Positions 1 to 10,500 of a stretch of 40,756 nt of DNA are shown piece after piece. Source of the stretch: a bacterium. GTDB taxonomy: Bacteria; Patescibacteriota; Minisyncoccia; Minisyncoccales; JAUYFS01. The notes beneath the pieces are model-generated. The model was not told the DNA's origin. It saw only the letters and a program-made list of their open reading frames with translations, and did not search any database. The stretch lies in assembly GCA_030689665.1 (NCBI GenBank), contig JAUYFS010000002.1:1-40756 (forward strand), in the 5' to 3' direction. The first letter of the stretch is position 1; each line of letters begins with the position of its first letter. A program made the translations under genes and the position numbers.

Positions 1-635
1 GTTTCCGGGTTTCCAAACATTATTCCAATTTTCATTCTTATCTGGTTTAAAAATATAACCGTTGTTTTCGTTTTTGCTATAATGCTTGTCAATTTTCTCA
101 AAGCAGACGACATTAAGCGAGCTTGAAGCCCAATTTGAAAATCTCCCATTTCTCCCTCAACTTCAGCGCGCGGAACCAAGGCTGCCACAGAATCAAGAAC
201 CACAATATCAATTTCGCCCGAGGAGACCAATTTTTCCAATATCTGGAGCGCTTGCTCGGCGCTGTCCGGCTGCGAAATTAACAATTCACCTGTATCAACA
301 CCAATTTTTTTGGCATAATCAGGGTCTAGAGCATGTTCCACATCAATAAAAGCAGCTGAACCGCCTTTTTTTTGGGCTTCGGCGACAATATGTAAAGCAA
401 CGGAGGTTTTTCCTGAACTTTCCGGGCCGTAAATTTCAATGACTCTGCCCCGCGGCACTCCTCCCACTCCTAAAATCAAATCTAATGACAAACAGCCGGT
501 TGGAATCGCATCAACATCAACAGAAGGAGCTTCTTTTAGTCTCATTATCGCGCCTTGTCCAAATTTTCTTTGGATATCCTCAATTACTTCTTTTAAATTT
601 CCTTTTTCCTGATTTTCTTTTTTTATTTTCGCCAT
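1..635 (-). CDS. recA: Recombinase RecA, N-terminal part; the gene runs off the window start
   Basis: Absent from the ORF track because no stop lies in the window. Reverse-complement translation from the ATG at 635..633 gives [33 protein letters not shown]...[19 protein letters not shown] (Walker A)...[15 protein letters not shown]...[14 protein letters not shown], a typical RecA N-terminal sequence. Confidence 0.93.
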   Translation of the reverse strand, partial: MAKIKKENQEKGNLKEVIEDIQRKFGQGAIMRLKEAPSVDVDAIPTGCLSLDLILGVGGVPRGRVIEIYGPESSGKTSVALHIVAEAQKKGGSAAFIDVEHALDPDYAKKIGVDTGELLISQPDSAEQALQILEKLVSSGEIDIVVLDSVAALVPRAEVEGEMGDFQIGLQARLMSSALRKLTSIIAKTKTTVIFLNQIRMKIGIMFGNPE

Positions 636-671
636 TTTTTTATTTTAAAATTGTTTGTATTAATTTCTATT

Positions 672-1337
672 CTACCTTGTAAATTTAAAAGTAGAAAGTA
701 TTTGGTCAATAATTAATTTATCATCCTGTTTATCAACAATGAATGAAACGGTTGTGTAGTGGTTCAAACCTTGGTCAATGTAATAAAATCCTCCCTTACA
801 AATTTTGCTTGTTTCGTCCTTTCTGATTTCTTGATTAAACATCAATGCATTGTGCCCGTCTATTGTTACTGGAATTAATGTTCTTGGTATATATGGCCCT
901 CTTTCTGGATTTTCAATTTGAAAATTTACGAATTCTTCGAAAGTTCTTTCAGTGTCCATAGAGCCCTCGGCATCCATACGCAGTTTACCAATTTGATAAA
1001 CTATATTGGCTCTTCCTGATGGACAAGGATCAAACGCCTCACTATCACCCTGATAAATATTGTTTGATAAATTGATTTGAATAAAATTACGATCTTGGTT
1101 TGGATTATCAGCTGATAGCGCATTTGACTCGCCTATATTCCAAAAAGACGGATATTTAAACTCAAATCCATATTCTTCATTTTTGTAAATCTTCCAATCA
1201 GTGGTTTCATCCGAGGTTAATTTAGAAAATGATTTTAGCGTTGGTATCCACCCTTGCTGCCAAGCTAAAAAACCACCCACTCCTACTATAAGAATAATAA
1301 CGACAAATATGATTAAATACTTTATTTTTTTATCCAT
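672..1337 (-). CDS. Hypothetical membrane-anchored protein (one N-terminal TM helix, extracytoplasmic domain)
   Basis: 221-aa ORF with ATG start. Hydrophobic helix YLIIFVVIILIVGVGGFLAW near the N-terminus. I recognise no catalytic motif. Confidence 0.6.
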   Translation of the reverse strand: MDKKIKYLIIFVVIILIVGVGGFLAWQQGWIPTLKSFSKLTSDETTDWKIYKNEEYGFEFKYPSFWNIGESNALSADNPNQDRNFIQINLSNNIYQGDSEAFDPCPSGRANIVYQIGKLRMDAEGSMDTERTFEEFVNFQIENPERGPYIPRTLIPVTIDGHNALMFNQEIRKDETSKICKGGFYYIDQGLNHYTTVSFIVDKQDDKLIIDQILSTFKFTR

Positions 1338-1404
1338 ATTTTTAGTCTTTTATTTTCGCCATTTTTTTAGAATAATTCCGAAAACAATATTAGTCAAATA
1401 AATA

Positions 1405-3663
1405 TCACAAACTTTTCCATTCGTTATTCTCATTATTTTCATTCTCATTATTTTCTTGGTTTTCTTGGACTTGTTCGTTTTCTAAACCAATTTCATCAAA
1501 ACCAATCAAAATTTCTCTTGGTTTTGCTCCGTCAGCAGGACCAACTATTCCTTTTTCCTCCAACATATCAATAAGGCGCGCTGCTCTTGCATAACCAACC
1601 CTTAAACGCCTTTGCAATAAAGATGAAGACGCTTTTTTTGATTCTATAACAATTCTTTTTGCTTCTTCAAATAACGGGTCATCTTCGTCAAATAAAATCC
1701 CTTCTTCTTTTTTTCTTTCCAAATCTTTTTCCAAATCTTTTTCCATAAAGTTTTGATTTTTTGTAGCCAAATCATCTCCCTTTTCATCAACTAATTTTTG
1801 ATACTCGTCTTTTATAAATTTGATAACATCTTTTGCTTCTTTTTCCGAAATAAGAGCGCCTTGAATTCTTTTTGGCTTGGTGAAATTTGTTGAAATAAAA
1901 AGCATGTCTCCCCTTCCCAGTAATTTATCAGCGCCAGCTATGTCTAAAATTGTCCTGGAATCAACTTGCGAAGCAACCTGAAAAGCTACCCTTGAAGTTA
2001 TGTTTGCTTTAATCAAACCAGTTAAAACCTCCACTGACGGCCTTTGGGTTGCCAAAACCAAATGGATTCCAACAGCGCGCGACATTTGGGCCAATCTCAC
2101 AATCACTGCTTCCAAATCCCTTCCCCTGGTACTCATCAAATCAGCCAGCTCATCAACCACTAAAACAATAAAAGGCATTAATGGCTCTTTCTTTTTTATC
2201 ATAATCGCATTATAGCCATTGATATTTCTGGCGCTTTCTTCCGACAAAATAGCAAATCTTTTTTCCATTTCTTTTACAAGCCAGTTTAAGGCATTTATCG
2301 CCCTTGAGGCATCGTGAATAACCGGAGTCAAAAGATGCGGAATTCCTTCATAAAAAGAAAATTCAACTCTTTTTGGGTCTATAAGAATCAAACGAAGCGT
2401 TTCCGGAGAATTCTTATAAAGCAAACTATTTATAAGCGTATTCAAAAAAATTGTTTTTCCGGAACCAGTGGCTCCTGCCACCAATAAATGAGGCATTTTT
2501 TCCATATCAGCAAAAAGCAAATCTCCGGCAACATCTTTTCCCAAAGATATTTTTAACAAAGAGTTGCTTTCTTGAAATTCCGGCGCCTCAATCAAAGACC
2601 TAATCATTACAGCGGCTCTTTTTGTGTTGGGAACTTCAATTCCAACCAATGATTTGCCGGGAATTGGCGCTTCAACCCTGATTGGATGAGCTGCTAGAGA
2701 TAGGGATAAATCATTGCTTAAAGCGGTTATTTTTGACAAACGAACTCCTTCAGCCGGCTTAAGAGTATATTGCGTCACTGTCGGACCGACAAAAACCTCT
2801 GCCATTTCAACCGGGATTCCAAAATTTTCCAAAGTTCTTTTTATAATTGCCGAATTGACCGCGATATCTCCGCTAGTTGGTTTATCTTTTTCTTTTTCCA
2901 ATAAATCTATTGGCGGAAGGGGAAATCCGATTTCTTTTTGCTGAGCCATTAATTTTTTCTGGAACATATCCTTTTCAGGGGTAATTTCTTCTTCGGTTTT
3001 TGCCTTTGTTAGCGCTGATTTTTTGTTTAAATTTATTTGCGGCAATTTTTCTTTAAAAAGAAGCTTTTCCACTTTTAATTCTTTAATTGGGGTTTCTTCT
3101 TCAAAAATTTCTTCTTCGTCTTCTTTTTCAAAAAATTCCACCTTATCCTTTAAAAATTGCCACAAAATAATAACTCCTGCAATTACAAAACCAATAAAAA
3201 TTAAATTAGCCAATAAAGACCCAAAAAATTTTGAAAAAAAAGCCGCCAAGAAATAGCCAACCCACCCTCCCATATTAAGCATAATTTCTTTGTTGGTTTC
3301 CGGATTTAAATTGCTTAACAATCCGGACAAACCCAAAACCAGCAAGGAAAATCCCGCCACAATGCCCTTAAAAGAGTTTCCTATTTTTATTGAAAGCGCA
3401 AAAAAACCGCCCAATAAAAAAATAATAGGTAAAACAAAATAAATTTTGCCGACAGCCAAAATAATGATTTTGGACAAATAAATTCCAACGATCCCGGCTT
3501 GCTCAAAAAAGGAGAAAATGATTGATATCGCCAACAAACCCAAAAGCAAGGCGATTATTTTCTTTTTAGTTTCAAAAGAAAAAATATCAGGGCCAAATTT
3601 CTTATTTTTTTTGCCATTAGAAGAATGGTTAAAAGAATTTTTATTTTTTCTTTTTCTCGCCAT
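1405..3663 (-). CDS. ftsK: DNA translocase FtsK/SpoIIIE
   Basis: 752 aa. N-terminal multi-TM region, Walker A GATGSGKT, Walker B VVDELADL, and a C-terminal gamma winged-helix segment SSLLQRRLRVGYARAARLIDMLEEKGIV. Confidence 0.93.
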   Translation of the reverse strand: MARKRKNKNSFNHSSNGKKNKKFGPDIFSFETKKKIIALLLGLLAISIIFSFFEQAGIVGIYLSKIIILAVGKIYFVLPIIFLLGGFFALSIKIGNSFKGIVAGFSLLVLGLSGLLSNLNPETNKEIMLNMGGWVGYFLAAFFSKFFGSLLANLIFIGFVIAGVIILWQFLKDKVEFFEKEDEEEIFEEETPIKELKVEKLLFKEKLPQINLNKKSALTKAKTEEEITPEKDMFQKKLMAQQKEIGFPLPPIDLLEKEKDKPTSGDIAVNSAIIKRTLENFGIPVEMAEVFVGPTVTQYTLKPAEGVRLSKITALSNDLSLSLAAHPIRVEAPIPGKSLVGIEVPNTKRAAVMIRSLIEAPEFQESNSLLKISLGKDVAGDLLFADMEKMPHLLVAGATGSGKTIFLNTLINSLLYKNSPETLRLILIDPKRVEFSFYEGIPHLLTPVIHDASRAINALNWLVKEMEKRFAILSEESARNINGYNAIMIKKKEPLMPFIVLVVDELADLMSTRGRDLEAVIVRLAQMSRAVGIHLVLATQRPSVEVLTGLIKANITSRVAFQVASQVDSRTILDIAGADKLLGRGDMLFISTNFTKPKRIQGALISEKEAKDVIKFIKDEYQKLVDEKGDDLATKNQNFMEKDLEKDLERKKEEGILFDEDDPLFEEAKRIVIESKKASSSLLQRRLRVGYARAARLIDMLEEKGIVGPADGAKPREILIGFDEIGLENEQVQENQENNENENNENNEWKSL

Positions 3664-3694
3664 TTGTTAAATTTTAACAGGAAATCTTTTTAAT

Positions 3695-6600
3695 TTACTC
3701 TTTCTTGGATTTGTTTTTTTTAAATCCAGTGCCTGCTAAAATCAGTTTACCAATAATAACATTTTCCTTCAAACCCCTTAAGGGGTCAACGCGTCCATCC
3801 AACGAGGCCTTGATTAAAACCCTTGAGGTTTGTTGGAATGAAGCTGCGGAAAGAAAACTATTCGTTGATAAGGAAACCCTGGAAATGCCCAAGAGAATCG
3901 GCTTTCCTTTTGCCGGAGTTTTGCCCTCTTTATTCAAACGGGCGTTTTCTTCTTCAAAAATAGGATTTTCAACAACCTCTCCCTGAGTCCATAATCCATC
4001 TCCCGGCTCGCTGATTTTTATTCTGGAAAACATCTGGCGAACAATGACCTCCACGTGTTTGTCGTGAATTTTTGCTCCCTGTGAAACATATATTTTTTGT
4101 ATTTCTTTTAGAATGTATCTCTGGGTTTTCTCTTCCCCGTTAATTTTAAAATATTTATCAAGGTCAACGTTCCCTTCTGTCAATTTCTGGCCAATAACAA
4201 TTTTTTCTCCGTTTTTAGCAAGAATTTTGCTCGTTGTTTTTATTTCAATAATTTCTTTTTTGTCTTTTTCGTCTTTTGTCTCAATTTTTATAATTCCATT
4301 GGTTTCGTCTATTTCCGAAATTTTTCCCTCAATGTCAGACAAAATTCCTTCAATTTTCGGATTTCTGTTTTCAAAAATTTCCTCAACTCTCGGCAAACCC
4401 TGGGTAATGTCGCTGGCACTCGCAACCCCGCCGGTGTGGAATGTTCTCATTGTCAGCTGGGTTCCCGGTTCTCCAATTGACTGCGCCGCGATAACGCCAA
4501 CCGCTTCCCCGCACTCAACTAATTTTGCTTTGCCCATATCCCAACCATAACATTTTTGGCAAACGCCTCTCAGTAATTTGCAACTTAATGGGCTTCTAAC
4601 CCTGATTTCCTGGATTGAATCGTCTTTTTTTATTTTATCCACAGAGTTCCAATCAATTAATTCGCCTTTTTTAACCAAAACATCGCCTTTGCTGTTTTTT
4701 ATTTCTTCCAAAACCACTCTTCCCAAAATTTTCATCGCAAAATCCTGGTTTAATTCATCCGCTTCTTTTTTGGAAATAACAATTCCTTTTTTATCTCCGC
4801 AGTCGTCTTCATAAACGATAAAATCATGGGCAACATCAACCAAGCGTCTGGTTAAATAACCTGCCATTGAAGTTCTTAAGGCGGTATCAACAGTGCCTTT
4901 TCTCGCCCCATGGGTGGAAATGAAATATTCCAAAACATCCAAACCCTCTTTAAAAGATCTTTTAACCGGCAATTCAATAATTTGGCCAGCCGGGTTGCTG
5001 ACCAACCCCTTCATTCCGGCCATCTGGGCCGGTTGAGACCAAGAACCCTTTGAACCTGAATCAATAATTGAAAAAACAGAGCCAAATTCAGACAATTTTT
5101 GCGGAACCAGTTTTTCCACCTCTGATTTTACTCTTTGCCAAACTTCAATAATATTTATTCTTTTTTCTTCCAAAGACAGCAATCCTTTTTGATAGTGAGT
5201 TTCAATTTTTTCAACTTCTTTTTCCGCTTCTTCAACGATTTTTTTCTTTTCTACCGGAATTACCAAGTCATCCATTCCCCAAGAAATTCCTGAAAGCGTT
5301 GCCGCTTCAACGCCTAATTCTTTAATATCGTCCAGATATTCCTGAGGTTCTTCAACTCCGGATTCCTCAACTCCGCAAATCTCAATAATTCGGCTGATTA
5401 TGCCCTCCATTTTCTTTGAATTTATGACATCGTTTATAAAATTCATTTGCTTGGGCAACACTTCGTTAAATAAAATTCTTCCGACAGAGGTTTCTATTAT
5501 TTCATTGTTAATCCTTACTTTAACCAAAGCTCTCGGGCTTACATGTTTTAAATCATGAGCCAAAATCGCTTCTTGCTCATTTGAAAAAATCTTGCCTTCG
5601 CCGATTTCTCCTTTTTTTATTTTGGTAAGCCAATAACAACCCAAAATAATGTCCTGGGTCGGCACGGTTATCGGAATTGCTGTTGCCGGTTTCAAAAGAT
5701 TTTTTGAAGAAAGCATTCTTTCCCCGGCTTCTTTTTGAGCCTCTTTGGATAAAGGCAAATGAACAGCCATTTGGTCGCCGTCAAAGTCAGCGTTAAATCC
5801 TTTACAAACCATTGGATGAACCCTTATTGCCTCGCCTTCAATTAATATCGGCCTGAATGCTTGAATTCCCAAACGATGAAGCGTTGGAGCGCGGTTTAAT
5901 AAAACATATTTTCCGGAAACAACTTCTTCCAAAATAGCCCAGACCTCGTCAGTTTGTTCGTCAATCAAACGGCTGGCGCCCTTCACATTATAAGCCAATT
6001 CCTTTTCAATAATTCCCCTGATGACAAACGGTTTAAATAATTCCAAGGCCATTTTCTTGGGCAAACCGCATTGGTCTAGTTTTAATTTCGGACCGACAAC
6101 AATTACCGAACGGCCCGAATAATCAACTCTTTTACCCAAAAGATTTTGCCTAAATCTGCCTTGTTTGCCCTGAAGCATGTCAGACAATGACTTCAAAACC
6201 CTTCTTCCCCCTGTCGTGGCGGTTGTGGTGCTTTTGCTTTTGCGCATTTTATTGTCAATCAAAGCGTCAACGGCTTCTTGAAGCATTCTTTTTTCGTTTC
6301 TAATAATAACTTCCGGAGATTTTATTTCTAAAAGATATTTTAATCTGTTATTTCTGTTTATAATTCTTCTGTAAAGGTCGTTTAAATCAGAAGAAGCGTA
6401 TCTTCCTCCGTCTAATTGAACAATCGGCCTCAAATCGGACGGTAAAATTGGAATGATTTCCAAAAACATCCATTCCGGCCTTATCCCAACCTTTATCATT
6501 CCCTGAATAAGTTTTAGGCGAATAAGCAATTTTTTTCTAGCTGCTGATTGAGTGTTTTTTATTTTTTCTTTTAATTCTTTAAAAAGTTCTTCTAAATTAA

Positions 6601-7381
6601 TTTTTTCAAATATTTTTCTTAAGGTTTCGGCGCCGGTTCCAGCGTCAAAAATTTCTCCAAACCTTAGCGACAAATCCTGATATTCCAGCTCTGAAATAAT
6701 TTTTAAGGGTTTAATCAGCTCAATTTCGGTCAACAATCTGTCTCTTGATTGGTCTAATTTTTCAATATTTTCATTGGTTTTTATTTTTTCGTTTTTCGCC
6801 CGCTTCGCCCGCGAATCGAGGCGAGCCCGCTTTTCCGAATCAAGATGAGCCCGCTTCGCCCCCGAATCAAGGCGAACTCTTTCTTTAATTTCAGCCGCTT
6901 TTCTTTTATATTCTTCTCCGATTTCTTTTATTTTTATTTCTTTTGCTTTTTCGTCCACCTCGGTAATAATGTAGTTTGAAAAATAAACGACTTTTTCAAC
7001 CTGCTGGGCGGGCGCGTCCAAAACCAAGGCAATTCTTGAAGGAACTCCTCTTAAAAACCAGATGTGGGCAACCGGAGCCGCTAATTTAATATGGCCCATT
7101 CTTTCTCTGCGGACAATTGATTTGGTAACTTCCACTCCGCACCTGTCGCAAATAATTCCCTTGTATCTTATTTTCCTGTATTTGCCGCAAGCGCACTCAT
7201 AATCTTTTTCCGGGCCAAAAATCCTTTCGCAAAACAAACCGTCTCTCTCAGACCTCTGAGTTCTATAATTTATCGTCTCTGGTTTAAGAACCTCGCCCTT
7301 TGACCATGATAAAATTTCATTTGGCGAAGCGATTTTTATTCTGATTGCCGTTATGTCTTGGGTTTTTAAATTTGGTTCCAT
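3695..7381 (-). CDS. rpoC: DNA-directed RNA polymerase subunit beta'
   Basis: 1228 aa. Contains the catalytic NADFDGDQM motif, an N-terminal Zn-binding cysteines segment (CACGKY...CDRCGVEV), and trigger-loop and bridge-helix regions. Confidence 0.97.
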   Translation of the reverse strand: MEPNLKTQDITAIRIKIASPNEILSWSKGEVLKPETINYRTQRSERDGLFCERIFGPEKDYECACGKYRKIRYKGIICDRCGVEVTKSIVRRERMGHIKLAAPVAHIWFLRGVPSRIALVLDAPAQQVEKVVYFSNYIITEVDEKAKEIKIKEIGEEYKRKAAEIKERVRLDSGAKRAHLDSEKRARLDSRAKRAKNEKIKTNENIEKLDQSRDRLLTEIELIKPLKIISELEYQDLSLRFGEIFDAGTGAETLRKIFEKINLEELFKELKEKIKNTQSAARKKLLIRLKLIQGMIKVGIRPEWMFLEIIPILPSDLRPIVQLDGGRYASSDLNDLYRRIINRNNRLKYLLEIKSPEVIIRNEKRMLQEAVDALIDNKMRKSKSTTTATTGGRRVLKSLSDMLQGKQGRFRQNLLGKRVDYSGRSVIVVGPKLKLDQCGLPKKMALELFKPFVIRGIIEKELAYNVKGASRLIDEQTDEVWAILEEVVSGKYVLLNRAPTLHRLGIQAFRPILIEGEAIRVHPMVCKGFNADFDGDQMAVHLPLSKEAQKEAGERMLSSKNLLKPATAIPITVPTQDIILGCYWLTKIKKGEIGEGKIFSNEQEAILAHDLKHVSPRALVKVRINNEIIETSVGRILFNEVLPKQMNFINDVINSKKMEGIISRIIEICGVEESGVEEPQEYLDDIKELGVEAATLSGISWGMDDLVIPVEKKKIVEEAEKEVEKIETHYQKGLLSLEEKRINIIEVWQRVKSEVEKLVPQKLSEFGSVFSIIDSGSKGSWSQPAQMAGMKGLVSNPAGQIIELPVKRSFKEGLDVLEYFISTHGARKGTVDTALRTSMAGYLTRRLVDVAHDFIVYEDDCGDKKGIVISKKEADELNQDFAMKILGRVVLEEIKNSKGDVLVKKGELIDWNSVDKIKKDDSIQEIRVRSPLSCKLLRGVCQKCYGWDMGKAKLVECGEAVGVIAAQSIGEPGTQLTMRTFHTGGVASASDITQGLPRVEEIFENRNPKIEGILSDIEGKISEIDETNGIIKIETKDEKDKKEIIEIKTTSKILAKNGEKIVIGQKLTEGNVDLDKYFKINGEEKTQRYILKEIQKIYVSQGAKIHDKHVEVIVRQMFSRIKISEPGDGLWTQGEVVENPIFEEENARLNKEGKTPAKGKPILLGISRVSLSTNSFLSAASFQQTSRVLIKASLDGRVDPLRGLKENVIIGKLILAGTGFKKNKSKKE
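6797..6877 (-). repeat. Three tandem GC-rich 24-27 nt units inside rpoC, encoding RLDSGAKRA / HLDSEKRA / RLDSRAKRA
   Basis: Plus strand reads cgcccgcttcgcccgcgaatcgaggcgagcccgcttttccgaatcaagatgagcccgcttcgcccccgaatcaaggcgaac. This is far more GC-rich than the surrounding gene. The same core (cgcccgcttcgcc..aatcgaggcgagccc) recurs in trxB at 15615..15644. Confidence 0.8.
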
Positions 7382-7389
7382 AGTTTTTT

Positions 7390-7504
7390 ACCCTCCCAAG
7401 TTTTTGACTTGGTTAAAAATGAATTATTGAAATATTAATTGTTGTTTGATTGTTTGAATTAGTTTTGTTAGTCATAATCGCCTTAGTCAAAAATTTGGGA
7501 GGGT
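7390..7504 (-). promoter_or_regulatory. Long-range hairpin in the rpoB-rpoC spacer; its 3' arm contains the rpoC Shine-Dalgarno sequence
   Basis: On the minus-strand RNA, ACCCTCCCAAATTTTTGAC (7504..7486) pairs with GTCAAAAACTTGGGAGGGT (7408..7390) at 18 of 19 positions around a loop of about 77 nt. The 3' arm is followed by AAAAAACT and then the rpoC ATG. Confidence 0.5.
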
Positions 7505-7513
7505 AAATTTAAT

Positions 7514-10500
7514 TTATTCTTCCGTTTCTTCGCTTTCTTTCCTCTCTATTTGAACGCTAAATCCCATTGCCTTTAATTCATTGACTAACAAATTAAATGA
7601 TGCTGGTATCCCAGGGCCTTTGATTGGTTCCCCTTTTAAAATAGCTTCATAAACAGCCGACCTTCCAGGAACATCGTCTGATTTATAGGTAAGCATTTCC
7701 TGTAAAATATGCGCCGCTCCGTGCCCTTCCAAAGCCCAGACCTCCATTTCTCCAAATCTCTGTCCTCCGAATTGCGTTTTTCCGCCCAATGGCTGCTGGG
7801 TTATTAAAGAATAGGGACCGATAGACCTTGCGTGAATTTTATCTTCAACCATATGAATCAGCTTCATAATATACATATAGCCAACCGTGATTCTTTCTGA
7901 AAATGGCTCGCCGGTCCTTCCATCATAAAGAGTAACCTTGCCGTCTTCGGGAAGACCCGCTTCTTTCAATTCTTTTTTAATATCTGCTTCGTTGGCTCCC
8001 AAAAGAGAAGGGGATATTGCGATATAATTTAATTTTTTTGCGGCATAGCCAAGATGAGTTTCCAGAATTTGGCCCAAGTTCATTCTTGAGGCAACGCTAA
8101 TGGGATTTAAAATTATATCAACCGGCGTGCCGTCTTCCAAAAATGGCATTTCTTCATCAGGTAAAATTTTTGAAATAACGCCCTTGTTCCCGTGCCTGCC
8201 AGCTAATTTATCTCCGGCCTTAATTTTTCTTATTTGGGCGATTTCTATTTTTATTCTTTTTAAAGTTCCCGGCTCTAATTTATGGCCTGTTTCTTTTGAA
8301 AAAACTTTTATCCCAATTACTCTTCCTTTTTTCCCGTGAGGCAAAAGTAGGGAGGTATCTTTTATTTCTCTGGCTTTTTCTCCAAATATTGCCCTGAGAA
8401 GACGCTCTTCCGGAGTCAAATCAGTTTCTCCCTTTGGAGCGATTTTGCCAACTAGAATATCATTGGGTTTAACTTCCGCTCCAATTCTTATAATTCCTTC
8501 TTCATCCAGGTCTTTTAAGCGTTCCTCTCCAATGTTTGGAATATCAGGAGTGGTTATTTCAGGGCCTAATTTTGTTTCCCTTACATCGCAGGTAAAATCT
8601 TCAATGTGAATTGAAGTAAATTTGTCATTTTTTACCAAGCTTTCAGAAAGAACAATGGCATCTTCAAAATTATTTCCCCTCCAAGACATAAAAGCAACTA
8701 ACAAATTGTGCCCCAAAGCCAAACGACCATCAACAACAGCAGCGCCATTGGTTAAAATGTCGCCTTTTTTAATTTTCTGCCCCTTTTGAACTCTGGGCGT
8801 TTGACGCAAACAAGTATATTGGTTTGTTCTGATAAAATTATCCAATTTATGTTCTTCAATATTACCTCCTCCCTTTATTTTTATTCTTGAGGAATCAATT
8901 TCAACCACATTTCCGTCAATTCCGGAAATTGCGACTAATCCCGAATCACGCGCCACGTTTCTCTCAACGCCAGTTCCGACTAACGGAACATCGGGATTAA
9001 TCAAAGGAACTGCCTGCCTCTGCATATTTGAACCCATCAAGGCCCTGTTGGCGTCGTCGTTTTGGAGAAAAGGAATTAAAGAAGTTGCAATGGAAATAGC
9101 CAGTTTTGAAGAAACGTCTGCATAATCAACCTTTTCTTTTTCAATTTCTCTTGGCTCTCCCTTTACTCTCGCCTCAACTCTTTCTGGAATTATTCTCATT
9201 TTGTCGTCCAAGGGAACGCCGGCATGAACAATAATGTATTTTTCTTCCTCGTAAGCGCTTAAATAATGAATCTCCTGCAATACCTTTCCTTTTTCAACTT
9301 TAAAATATGGGGTCTCCAAAAATCCCATTTCGTTAATTTTGGCAAATGTTGCCAAGTGGCCAACCAAACCAACGTTTCCTCCTTCCGGAGTTTGTATCGG
9401 ACAAATTCTTCCGTAGTGGGACGGCTGAACGTCACGAACCTCAAAGCCAGCCCTTTCTCTGGTTAAACCTCCCGGACCGGTTGAAGTAAGAGTTCTTTTG
9501 TGCTCAACTTCTGCCAAAGGATTTTCACTATCCATAAATTGCGCCAACTGAGATGAAGTGAAAAATTCTTTTACAACCATTCCAAAAGTTCTCGGATTTA
9601 TTAATAAAGACGTGGTTATTCCTTGGGGGTCAACCGTAGACATTCTGTCTTTTATAATTCTTTCCATTCTCATCAAGCCAATCCTCAAGCGATTTTCTAA
9701 AAGGTCTGAAATTGTCTTTACCCTTCTGTTGCCCAAATGGTCAATTTCGTCTGGTTGGGAATACGGGGTGTTGTTAAGTTTGATTATTTCCCTGATTGAC
9801 CTTACGATGTCTTCTTTTCCCAAAATCCTTTCTTCGGGGCTTATTTTCACCTTTTTACCCTTTCCCACTTCTTTTTCCGGATAAAGACGCAGCCAAATTT
9901 TCCAACGCCCGACTCTTGAAAGGTCATATCTGCTGAAATTAAAAAATAAATTTTCTATGAATTCTCTGGCTGTTTCCGGAGTAACCAATTCTCCCGGCCT
10001 TAATTTATGATAAATTCCGACCAATGCTTCCAATTCGTTTTGTTCCGGGTCTTTTTCCAGAGTTTTCTCAATAAATTTAATTTCTTTGTTCGTATCAACA
10101 TCTTTGAATAAGTTTTTTATTTCCTCATTTTTAAAACCAAAAGCTTTTAAAAGAGTGGTTGCCGTCACCTTTCTTTTTCTGTCTATTTTTACCCAAATAA
10201 CACCCGCGGAATCAGTGTCAAATTCCAACCAAGCGCCCCTATTGGGAATTATTCTGACTCCGAAAAAGTTTTTGTTTCCGTATTTTTCGGCAACAAAAAA
10301 ACAACCCGGAGACCTAACGAGTTGAGAAACAATCACTCTCTCAACGCCGTTAATAATAAAGGTTGCTTTTTCAGTCATCAAAGGAAAATCGCACAGAAAA
10401 ACTTCCTGTTCTTTTGATTTTCCGGTTTTTAAATCAGTTAATTTTGTTTTTACTTTTAAAGGCGCTTCGTAAGAATCATCGTTGCTTTTTGCTTCAATTT

